IMG/VR virus record: IMGVR_UViG_3300011412_000006
Coordinates: 1-38,223 of that record
Reading direction: 5' to 3' (one strand)
Source of the DNA: a virus
Lineage: Duplodnaviria > Caudoviricetes
DNA length: 38,223 bases
Below, in pieces: positions 25,688 through 33,634 of the stretch. How positions within the stretch are numbered: position 1 is the first letter of the stretch; every line of letters begins with the position of its first letter. The notes beneath the pieces were generated by a model, which worked only from the letters and a program-made list of their open reading frames with translations, was not told the origin of the DNA and did not search any database. The position numbers were made by a program, and so were the translations under genes.

Positions 25688-26593
25688 ATGTACGTGAAAC
25701 TATTTTCGAAAGTGCTCACTTCATCCATCTGGATGGAGGATGAATCAACACGAATTGTATGGATAACCCTTTTAGCTTTAATGGATAAAGATAGTTTCGT
25801 TGAGGTTGCATCGATTCCAAACCTTGCACATCAGGCGCGAGTCTCAAATGAAGCGTGTGAGCGTGCAGTTGGCATCCTCGAAGCACCTGACGCAAATTCA
25901 TCTGATCCTGACTTTGAAGGTCGTCGCATCGAACGAGTGCCGGGAGGCTGGCTCGTTCTAAATGCTGAGAAGTATAGGGAGATAGGATCACTTGAACACA
26001 AGCGCGCAAAGGGCAGAGAACGCGTCGCGAGATGGAAAGAGAAGCAGAAGAAAGGTAACGCTCAAAGCGTTAAAGGTAACGCAGAGCTAACGCATGGGTA
26101 CGCCATGCAGATACAGATACAGAAGAAGAATAAGAGTGTAGGAGTACAACCTAGTATTGAGAGTGATGGACCCGACAGAATTGCAAAGCCAATTCGTCGG
26201 GCACGCGCACAAATTCCCGATTCTGATTTTCTCAACGACCTGAAAACCAAAAGCGCCTATAGTGCGATCAACGTCACACTCGAACTTGAGAAAGCTGAAA
26301 CTTGGTGTGCTGCAAACCACCGGACTTGTACTCGAAGGTTCTTTGTCAACTGGCTGAATCGGGTTGAGAAACCACTGGCGATTCCCAAACCGCAATCTCG
26401 CGTTGGTGCTCAAGCCAAACCTGTCGCAGTCGAGAGTGATCGTGCTGACTCTGCGGAAATCATCTCAACGTGGAATGATCTCGCAGATGCAATGGGCGAA
26501 CCGCTTGAGAAGCTGGTGAAGAAAAGCGTGGCACTTGGACAACTCTCGAAGGATGATGCGCGAATGATACTCGGAGAACTAAATGCACAATGA
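25688..26593 (+). CDS. Phage replication initiator (lambda O / DnaD-like architecture)
   Basis: YVKLF..SSIW N-terminal winged-helix-type domain, RERVARWKEK, low-complexity linker carrying iterons, FFVNWLNR C-terminal motif. Confidence 0.75.
   Translation: MYVKLFSKVLTSSIWMEDESTRIVWITLLALMDKDSFVEVASIPNLAHQARVSNEACERAVGILEAPDANSSDPDFEGRRIERVPGGWLVLNAEKYREIGSLEHKRAKGRERVARWKEKQKKGNAQSVKGNAELTHGYAMQIQIQKKNKSVGVQPSIESDGPDRIAKPIRRARAQIPDSDFLNDLKTKSAYSAINVTLELEKAETWCAANHRTCTRRFFVNWLNRVEKPLAIPKPQSRVGAQAKPVAVESDRADSAEIISTWNDLADAMGEPLEKLVKKSVALGQLSKDDARMILGELNAQ
26051..26103. repeat. Iteron-like cluster (probable origin of replication)
   Basis: AAAGGTAACGC x2 (26051, 26072), inverted AGCGTTA (26066), CTAACGC (26087), GGTACGC (26097). 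Confidence 0.65.
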
Positions 26594-26891
26594 GGGAACA
26601 GAAGTGAGATCACTCACACTGAGACTCAACGACGTTGAGGTGATCTGTCTTGACGGCTGCTTTACACTGCGCACGATTGCCGGTGATGACGACACGACAT
26701 TGTGGGACAAGATCGAGGTCACCGCAGAATCATTCGCAGAGCTCGAAAACATCATCCGCAAACTCTACACACAACCCGAACTCGATGACGTTCTCAGCGT
26801 AGTGACCCGCATCAGGCACATCTGGGCTAACTGGAATCTTGATCCTGCTGAAGATTCTAAGTTGCCTGCAAGTCCAGAGATTCTAGAGTAG
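26583..26891 (+). CDS. Hypothetical protein
   Basis: GGAG RBS; overlaps the initiator stop. Confidence 0.65.
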   Translation: MHNEGTEVRSLTLRLNDVEVICLDGCFTLRTIAGDDDTTLWDKIEVTAESFAELENIIRKLYTQPELDDVLSVVTRIRHIWANWNLDPAEDSKLPASPEILE

Positions 26892-27312
26892 GCTGATAAA
26901 TAATTTTGCGATCTGTTTTGACGACGATAGCTAGAACATCAAACTTCAATCCGTCCTGCTCATTTTTAGGTGACACAATCTTTCCGGTTTGCGTGTAGTA
27001 TCCCGTCGTCACCTCAACACGCAGCAGACGTCGATCTGAGGTCAAGATTGCCAGATCACACTCACAAGAACCTGACAGAGCACGAAAGACTGCATAGCCT
27101 CGAAACATCAAATCCGCTGCAACGAACAGTTCATGTGCTGCACCTGTTGTCACAGTTGAAAGCTTAACAGACGTAGATGGATTCAAGATTTGAAACTGAC
27201 GACGTGCGTGTTCTCGGCTGCATTCGGCCTGACAGAACATAGCACCATGTCGTCGCCTGAGATTCCTAATGGGAGTCTGACAGACCACACAATTGTCAAA
27301 TAAGATTGTCAT
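26857..27312 (-). CDS. Zn-finger + PD-(D/E)XK homing-endonuclease-like protein
   Basis: CVVC...CQAEC; GAAHELFVAADL..RGYAVF...CDLAI...RVEV...FDVLAIV pattern; fills a gap in + strand coding. Confidence 0.7.
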   Translation of the reverse strand: MTILFDNCVVCQTPIRNLRRRHGAMFCQAECSREHARRQFQILNPSTSVKLSTVTTGAAHELFVAADLMFRGYAVFRALSGSCECDLAILTSDRRLLRVEVTTGYYTQTGKIVSPKNEQDGLKFDVLAIVVKTDRKIIYQPTLESLDLQAT

Positions 27313-27333
27313 AATCGCTATAATAAGCCTATT

Positions 27334-27846
27334 ATGGAACCCAGTCTAGTAACGAGTCAGGATATGCCCGAAAAACGCCCTAGAGCGTCTCCAAACGTCA
27401 AGAAACGGCATCTGGCGAGTCACTCACTGGTCGAATTTGCCACTGAGCGACAGATTCAGAACTCGATCTGTGAGATTCTGGACTACTTGAAACTGCCCTA
27501 TTCGATCACGGATGCATCACGCGTATATGGTGCTGATGGGCGGGTTAGGCGATCAAAGGTGGCAACTGGCTGGCCGGACATCACAGGGTGCTTAATGGCT
27601 GGGCGGTTCTTTTGCATTGAGGTCAAGAGAGCCAAAGGTAAACTATCAGCAGAGCAGAAAGAGACACTAGCGAGACTGAGAGAATGCAATGCGGCGGTCT
27701 GCGTAGCATACTCGGTCGACGATGCAGTTAATTTTCTCTACACAGAGGGAGACTTGACATGGCAACAGCAATCTTTCCTGTCGCGCTTATCATCATCGGC
27801 GGAGCACTCTACTTCGTCTCAGCGAATCCAAAGATCCAAGAAATAG
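27334..27846 (+). CDS. VRR-NUC domain nuclease (putative resolvase)
   Basis: ERQIQ, GWPDI, IEVKR..GKLSAEQ, VAYSVDDA motifs. Confidence 0.88.
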   Translation: MEPSLVTSQDMPEKRPRASPNVKKRHLASHSLVEFATERQIQNSICEILDYLKLPYSITDASRVYGADGRVRRSKVATGWPDITGCLMAGRFFCIEVKRAKGKLSAEQKETLARLRECNAAVCVAYSVDDAVNFLYTEGDLTWQQQSFLSRLSSSAEHSTSSQRIQRSKK

Positions 27847-27917
27847 GGCGCATCCTACTTGCAGCTGGTGCATTCGCGCTGGCGTTCCTGCTCGCACAAA
27901 CCAAACTCGCAATATGA
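27759..27917 (+). CDS. 52-aa two-TM membrane protein, holin-like (not in ORF track)
   Basis: MATAIFPVALIIIGGALYFVSANPKIQEIGRILLAAGAFALAFLLAQTKLAI; GAGGGAG RBS. Confidence 0.6.
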   Translation: MATAIFPVALIIIGGALYFVSANPKIQEIGRILLAAGAFALAFLLAQTKLAI

Positions 27918-28021
27918 ACTCAACATTCTCGATGCTTGAGTTTGTGATGACTATGCTCGTGGCGTTTCTTGCGCTCATTGGATTGGTGATTCTGGCTCGA
28001 ATGCTGTACAGGTCCAAGTGA
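27914..28021 (+). CDS. 35-aa single-TM peptide (not in ORF track)
   Basis: MNSTFSMLEFVMTMLVAFLALIGLVILARMLYRSK; ATGA and TGATG coupling. Confidence 0.55.
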   Translation: MNSTFSMLEFVMTMLVAFLALIGLVILARMLYRSK

Positions 28022-28227
28022 TGACACACACAGAGAAAGACACTGAGCAGGAAATTCTCGACGCGCATCGACTGATACGCGAAGCAACAGACGCGATTCA
28101 ATCACTTGAGCTCTCAGTGCGATCTGAGTTGCACACCTTGAGAGAATCACTTCTCAACCTCGGTGCTGCGTTACTTGCCATCTCACGCAAGATTGATGAC
28201 GAGCGACGCGAACGCCTGAGAGGTTGA
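28021..28227 (+). CDS. Small coiled-coil hypothetical protein
   Basis: Coupled start; last gene before the terminator. Confidence 0.62.
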   Translation: MTHTEKDTEQEILDAHRLIREATDAIQSLELSVRSELHTLRESLLNLGAALLAISRKIDDERRERLRG

Positions 28228-28278
28228 CTGTAGTGCTATAGTTGAAACTTCAAGATAGTATGTTGGGGCAACAGCGAG

Positions 28279-28316
28279 AGCCCGGACACAAAATATTGTG
28301 TTCGGGCTTTTGTTTT
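28279..28316 (+). terminator. Intrinsic terminator closing the early/middle region
   Basis: AGCCCGGACACAA-aata-TTGTGTTCGGGCT followed by TTTGTTTT. Confidence 0.85.
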
Positions 28317-28349
28317 GTGGTATATGTTCCCGTCTGTTCGACAATTGCT

Positions 28350-28396
28350 CTGCAGTGAGCATTGGTTTAAGGAGGAAGGATCGGTGTTCACTGCAG
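28350..28396 (+). promoter_or_regulatory. 19-bp RNA hairpin with AAGGAGGAA loop in the late-operon leader
   Basis: 28350-28368 pairs with 28378-28396: 13 Watson-Crick + 6 G-U pairs, no mismatch on the + strand. Confidence 0.6.
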
Positions 28397-28427
28397 TTGC
28401 AACCAACCCTCCGAGGCATAGAGTCAA

Positions 28428-28826
28428 ATGGCATCCGCATTCTACGCAACCTACAAGACGATTCTCTTGACGACTGGTGGCATCAATCTGCTGACTGACA
28501 CGATCAAAGCGCAACTGGTCGATGCTGCAGACTACACACCTAATCTCGCAACCGACAATTTCCTGAACGATATTCCGGCACTGGCACGCGTTGGCACTGC
28601 ACAAACTCTTGCCAGCAAGACAGTCGTCGGCAATGTTTTTGATGCTGCTGATCTGTCATACACAGCTGTCACAGGCGATGGCACTGAGCACGTTGCAATC
28701 TTCAAGGACACTGGCGTTGAGTCAACGTCAAATCTGATCGCGCTTATCGATGGCGCAGTCACACCAACAGGCGTCGATATAACTCTTGTGTGGGATAACG
28801 GTCCAAATAAAATCTTCGCACTCTGA
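28428..28826 (+). CDS. Virion structural protein (fiber-associated minor protein)
   Basis: DTIKAQLV, VFDAADL, GVDITLVW..KIFAL pattern typical of phage minor structural proteins. Confidence 0.7.
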   Translation: MASAFYATYKTILLTTGGINLLTDTIKAQLVDAADYTPNLATDNFLNDIPALARVGTAQTLASKTVVGNVFDAADLSYTAVTGDGTEHVAIFKDTGVESTSNLIALIDGAVTPTGVDITLVWDNGPNKIFAL

Positions 28827-28834
28827 GGCAATCT

Positions 28835-29053
28835 ATGATGGGCAAGCTACTCAGTCTCTTGGTCGTCGCCAACGACTCATGGTATCTCAATCCCGGTTAT
28901 GGCTGGTCGAGTGACATCAAGGACGCGATGTTATTCCCGAATGCAGCAGAGGCAAAGAAGGCTGCAGATCAGATGATGTTAGTACCGGAATATGCCGCAG
29001 ACACGATTCGTGCATACAAGAACTTCGGGCAATCCGATCAGGAGACTCTGTGA
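28835..29053 (+). CDS. Hypothetical protein
   Basis: GAGG RBS; tightly packed. Confidence 0.62.
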   Translation: MMGKLLSLLVVANDSWYLNPGYGWSSDIKDAMLFPNAAEAKKAADQMMLVPEYAADTIRAYKNFGQSDQETL

Positions 29054-30999
29054 TGATTCTCGACCAGGCAAAGAACTTCGCCAAAGCCACGCTCACGACC
29101 GGCATCACGTCGAGTGCGACATCAATCACGCTGACCACCGGCCACGGCGCGAAACTGCCAACAGTGCCCTTCAACGCAACGATCTGGAACTCAACAGACT
29201 ATCCCGACCCATCTGACGATCCGCAGGTTGAAGTGCTGCGCGTAACAGTCAAAGCAACTGATACGCTGACCGTGACACGCGCACAGGAATCAACATCAGC
29301 AGTTGCGCATAACACCGCAGGCAAGACATACAAACTCGCTGCCGGCGCAACCGCGAAATTAATCAACACAGACCTCCCGACAGTATTCACACGCTATCGC
29401 GCACGCGAGTATGATGCGCGCAACTACCTCATCGGTGATGGAACAACCGATGACACTGCGGCACTGCAGGCACTTTTCACTCAGATCGGGACTGACGCAC
29501 AGAACGCAACAATCTATTTCGATGACGCCACTTACATCATCGGCGGTGCATTGCAGGAAGGCGCACGACGCAATTCTCAGCTGATCCTGCCAACTGTCGG
29601 TATAACCGATCTGCAATATACGATTCAGCTTATCGGGCACAGCACTGTTGCCTGTTCACCGAGTGGTTATGAGGCAGTCGAGTTACCGCGAGGTACGAAG
29701 ATCAAATCGACTCTTGCAACAGCAACCGGGACTGATCCATCAGTCATCACAGGTCGTGGTCCGGTTGGTGGCTATCTCGATGAAACCAACTACAGTCACA
29801 TTGAGATTGAGAACATCATCTTTCAGACTGTCCCGAACCCGAACTATTCGTGCCTCAACTTCCGACGCTACACGACAGTTGCAATCAAGAACTGCATAGT
29901 TGCAGCTGGTCCGCACATGAACGTTGTTGCAGCTATACAGCCAACAACAACCACAAGTTATGGAATCATTCTGCCGCAATACAACAGCGGCATCTGTCAG
30001 CGTCTCGAAGGGCAAGTGAATATTTTTGGATTCTACTATGGCATCAGATGCGGCGAGTTAATGCACGCAGAGAACCTTGGTCTCTGGTGGTGCTATAAAG
30101 GCATGGAATTTCCATTCAGTTATCACGCATCGCTGATCGACAGGCTACTCGTTTTCTGGTGCCCATATGGTGCTGAGTGGACAGCAGCACATCCTGTTGA
30201 GATACAGCAATGGGACAATGAGCACACAATGACTGGCGAGAGTGCATGGTACGCCACGCTCTACGACGTATACGACCCCTCCAACCTCGGCTATGGTGAA
30301 ATCAAATGGCTAACTGTGCGTGCATCATTTGGCCGAGAGTCCGTATTCTTGATAAACGGTGGCGCTAACTTACTTACTCGTGAGTTAGGCGTGCCTTCAA
30401 TGGATGAAGGCGAGACGCCACCGACTGGGTTATTCTTTGATAACTTTACCGATACTAACTACGTGTTACTCTCTGCTCATATGCCTGATATAGGTACGGG
30501 CTGGACACACTTTGAAACGGGTGCTGATGAGATTTACATCTATAACAACTGTGCAGTAGGAGAAGTAAATGCCGGAGCAGCTAACGCCTATGTAGCTAAT
30601 GCCACCGCCGCTGACGCTATCATTACAGCCAAGGTAATGTTCCCGATAGGAGGCGCGGCTACCCATCATTATGACGAAATTGTATTTCGTTATCTTGATG
30701 CTAATAACTACTGGAAGTTAAGCCGTAACAACAAAGCTACAGGTAACTTTGAGATTGTCAAAAAAGAGGGCGGGGCTGATACCACGGTGCAAACAACCAC
30801 GCTGGCATTTACTGAAGGCGTATTTGACGACTTGAAAGTTACGCTGTTAGGTACAAGCATAACGTGTGAGGTAAACGCTACTCCGTTAAGTACGACAAGC
30901 AGTTTTAACCTGTCTGCGGCGAAACACGGCATCCGCATCTATCGCGCTACCGCTGGCGTTGCATGTCTCGATACGTTCAAGATTGAAAGCAATCCATAG
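29050..30999 (+). CDS. Tailspike/fiber: N-terminal anchor + pectate-lyase-like beta-helix + lectin-like C-terminal domain
   Basis: LTVTRAQEST anchor motif; GDGTTDDTAALQA beta-helix cap; C-terminal FFDNFTD...GTGW beta-sandwich. Confidence 0.75.
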   Translation: MMILDQAKNFAKATLTTGITSSATSITLTTGHGAKLPTVPFNATIWNSTDYPDPSDDPQVEVLRVTVKATDTLTVTRAQESTSAVAHNTAGKTYKLAAGATAKLINTDLPTVFTRYRAREYDARNYLIGDGTTDDTAALQALFTQIGTDAQNATIYFDDATYIIGGALQEGARRNSQLILPTVGITDLQYTIQLIGHSTVACSPSGYEAVELPRGTKIKSTLATATGTDPSVITGRGPVGGYLDETNYSHIEIENIIFQTVPNPNYSCLNFRRYTTVAIKNCIVAAGPHMNVVAAIQPTTTTSYGIILPQYNSGICQRLEGQVNIFGFYYGIRCGELMHAENLGLWWCYKGMEFPFSYHASLIDRLLVFWCPYGAEWTAAHPVEIQQWDNEHTMTGESAWYATLYDVYDPSNLGYGEIKWLTVRASFGRESVFLINGGANLLTRELGVPSMDEGETPPTGLFFDNFTDTNYVLLSAHMPDIGTGWTHFETGADEIYIYNNCAVGEVNAGAANAYVANATAADAIITAKVMFPIGGAATHHYDEIVFRYLDANNYWKLSRNNKATGNFEIVKKEGGADTTVQTTTLAFTEGVFDDLKVTLLGTSITCEVNATPLSTTSSFNLSAAKHGIRIYRATAGVACLDTFKIESNP

Positions 31000-31554
31000 A
31001 TGTACGGATCAACTACATACGGGTCACTGCCCTACGCAACCGGCCCATCAATCAGTGCGCCCATTACTCTCACACTGACTGGCATTGCATCATCAAGTGC
31101 ATTCGGCACGCCAATGCTTTCATCTGCCGGTAGTCTGCTGCTTGAACTCTCAGGCATCCCATCAAGCAGTGCATTCGGCTCAGTCGTCATCATCGAGACG
31201 CCATCAACCGGCGGTGCAGGTGGCACGAATCGCGTCGTCACCATTGCCGCTGAGAACGGCACATGTGGTGAACCTTACGTTACGTTCTATTACAAAGATC
31301 CCGACGCAACGCTCGATTACATCTGGAATTGGAGCGCCTATCTGACCGCAGATGATGACACGATACTGACGCACAGCTTTCTCACATCAAGCACTGACGT
31401 CTCAGTGCTCTCATCTTTGCAGACTGATACCACGACAACTGCTTGGCTCACCGGCGGTACTGCATTTACTGAATATGGCATCACGTGCCGCATCACAACC
31501 CACGGTGGCCGCACTGATGATCGAACGCTTAAACTGATCTGCATAAAGCGATGA
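31000..31554 (+). CDS. Putative fiber adaptor protein
   Basis: KDPDATLDYIWNW...WLTGGT...Y.ITCRITT.GGRTDDRT domain, commonly seen beside phage fibers. Confidence 0.65.
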   Translation: MYGSTTYGSLPYATGPSISAPITLTLTGIASSSAFGTPMLSSAGSLLLELSGIPSSSAFGSVVIIETPSTGGAGGTNRVVTIAAENGTCGEPYVTFYYKDPDATLDYIWNWSAYLTADDDTILTHSFLTSSTDVSVLSSLQTDTTTTAWLTGGTAFTEYGITCRITTHGGRTDDRTLKLICIKR

Positions 31555-32147
31555 TTAAACAACTCGACACACTCAAAGACTTAATCCCTGATACCGCCAA
31601 CGTCAACAAGGGCAGTGAGCGCGGCAACTACATGCTCGACTGGTCAATCAGGCAGTTAGGCGCAGGTCGTAGCATCCTCGCAGATGCAGATGGTCGAGTT
31701 ATAGCAGGTAACAAGACTCTTGATGCTGCTGCTGAACGTGACTTACCCATTCGAGTAGTACAAACAGATGGCAAGGAACTTGTAGTAGTTCAACGTACTG
31801 ACTTACGTCTCGAAGGTGAGGGCGATGAACGCACACTAGCACGCCAACTTGCTATCGCAGATAACAGAACAAGTGAGATTGGTTATGTTGCTGATGCTGA
31901 GACACTACTAGCGCACCTACAAAGCGGTGTCGATCTCTCAGCAATGTATCGCGACGATGAGCTCCAAAAACTTCTCGAAGATATTGGCCGCGATACTGGC
32001 ATCATGCGTGGTGAGGAAGATGGTGCAGTCGAGTCAATGAATTATGAATATCGAGTTATTGTTGACTGTCGTGACGAGATGCATCAGACAGAATTACTCA
32101 GACGCTTTGAGCAAGAAGGATTATCGTGCCGCGCTTTGATTGTCTAG
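31551..32147 (+). CDS. ParB/Srx-like protein (terminase-linked modification locus)
   Basis: GAGRSIL.D..GRVIAGNKT...AIADNRTSE; short C-terminal VIVDCRDE domain. Confidence 0.75.
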   Translation: MIKQLDTLKDLIPDTANVNKGSERGNYMLDWSIRQLGAGRSILADADGRVIAGNKTLDAAAERDLPIRVVQTDGKELVVVQRTDLRLEGEGDERTLARQLAIADNRTSEIGYVADAETLLAHLQSGVDLSAMYRDDELQKLLEDIGRDTGIMRGEEDGAVESMNYEYRVIVDCRDEMHQTELLRRFEQEGLSCRALIV

Positions 32148-33229
32148 TTGAGTCGAAACTGAAAGCATCGGGTCGGGTCAAACAGTTCTCTGCAATGTTT
32201 GATGCACCGATTGAAGAACGTCTGCGCCTCGCGTGGCAAGGCAATCTCGACATTGACTCAGATGATTGGAACATCGGCCTCATATACGGGCCATCAGGTT
32301 CAGGTAAAACAACCATCGCACGTCATATGTTCGGCGCACCCGCACAACTCACCTACGCAGACAACGCAGTCATCGATGACTTTGCATCGACTCTTACTGT
32401 CACCGACATTGCCGAAGCGTGTCAGGCGGTTGGCTTCAATACTATCCCGGCGTGGTTTCGACCGTTCTCTGTTCTCTCAACTGGTGAGCAGTTTCGTGTT
32501 GATATTGCACGTCGCCTCCTTGAACTCCCTGACCCAATCGTCATTGATGAGTTTACATCAGTAGTTGATCGACAAGTCGCACAGATCGCTTGTCACGCAG
32601 TGCAGAAGTTTGTACGTCGCAACTCTCGCAAGTTGATCGCAGTAAGCTGTCACTCGGACATTATCGACTGGTTACAACCTGATTGGACGTTTGAAGTCGG
32701 GTCGATGCACTTCGCGCGGAGGTCGCTTCAACCTCGACCTTCACTCGAAGTCGGAATTAAACGGGTCCCGTACAATAGCTGGCACATGTTTAGTAAGTTT
32801 CACTATATGACTGCAGACCTCCACAGAGGCGCACGTTGCTTCGCGCTTTACGTCGGCAACCAGATCGCTTCATTCGGTGCAACATTGCATCGTGTGAATC
32901 CTCGCGTCAAAGATATCACTGGCCTATCAAGACTCGTCACACTTCCCGATTGGCAAGGTCTCGGTCTGGCTATGATTCTCAGTGATAAACTCGGCTCGGC
33001 ATATGCGGCGATTGGTCGGCGCTTTCACACTTATCCGGCACATCCTTCGTTGGTGCGCTCATACAATAACTCGAAACACTATAAACTGGAGAAACGCCCG
33101 GGCGTATATCTCGAGGTTGCTGACTCTAAATCTCGCGATGTTGGTAAACATGGTGGCAGACCTTGTGCAGTCTTTTCCTATTGCGGTCCTGCAATGGATA
33201 AACAGACTGCAGAGAATCTATTGAATTGA
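32126..33229 (+). CDS. ABC-type ATPase fused to a GNAT (Mom-like) acyltransferase
   Basis: Walker A GPSGSGKTT, signature LSTGEQFR, Walker B IVIDEF, SCH; GNAT motif A RLVTLPDWQGLGLA. Confidence 0.85.
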   Translation: MPRFDCLVESKLKASGRVKQFSAMFDAPIEERLRLAWQGNLDIDSDDWNIGLIYGPSGSGKTTIARHMFGAPAQLTYADNAVIDDFASTLTVTDIAEACQAVGFNTIPAWFRPFSVLSTGEQFRVDIARRLLELPDPIVIDEFTSVVDRQVAQIACHAVQKFVRRNSRKLIAVSCHSDIIDWLQPDWTFEVGSMHFARRSLQPRPSLEVGIKRVPYNSWHMFSKFHYMTADLHRGARCFALYVGNQIASFGATLHRVNPRVKDITGLSRLVTLPDWQGLGLAMILSDKLGSAYAAIGRRFHTYPAHPSLVRSYNNSKHYKLEKRPGVYLEVADSKSRDVGKHGGRPCAVFSYCGPAMDKQTAENLLN

Positions 33230-33634
33230 ATGGCGAAAGGACGTAAGACAGGTGGACGACCAACCAAACTCACGCCTGAGATTCAAGAGAAGATCGTTCA
33301 GGTCATACGCGCTGGCAATTATGCAGAGGTTGCAGCAGCTTATGCCGGTATCTCCAACAAAACATTCTATCTTTGGAAGCAAAAGGGCGAAGATCAACCG
33401 GATAGTGCTTATGGTGAGTTCTTACACGCTATTAAAAAGGCTGAGGCCGATAGCGAAGCAGAAGCCGTTGCGCAGATTAAACTGGCGGCTCGCGATCCAA
33501 AGAACTGGGTGGCTGGTATGACGTGGCTTGAGAGACGTTATCAGAAGCGTTGGTCACGTACTGACAGACAGGAGCACAGTGGCGAAGTAAAGATCGTGAT
33601 GGTAGATGAGACAAGCGACAAAGAAACAGACTGA
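33230..33634 (+). CDS. terS: Terminase small subunit (HTH type)
   Basis: GRPTKLTPE, AAAYAGIS..TFYLW, WLERRY; directly before TerL. Confidence 0.8.
   Translation: MAKGRKTGGRPTKLTPEIQEKIVQVIRAGNYAEVAAAYAGISNKTFYLWKQKGEDQPDSAYGEFLHAIKKAEADSEAEAVAQIKLAARDPKNWVAGMTWLERRYQKRWSRTDRQEHSGEVKIVMVDETSDKETD

Noticed and set aside
17726-28427. CRISPR mini-array, tRNA or tmRNA genes in intergenic gaps
   Set aside because: No regularly spaced repeat-spacer units and no cloverleaf with a T-arm GTTCRA signature seen.
28236-28604. ORFs 28298..28498 (+) and 28236..28604 (-) across the late leader
   Set aside because: They overlap a clear terminator, the hairpin and gene 28428, and lack RBS or recognisable motifs.
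32126-33229. ABC ATPase as a membrane transporter subunit
   Set aside because: No permease nearby; it is fused to a GNAT domain and embedded in the packaging locus.
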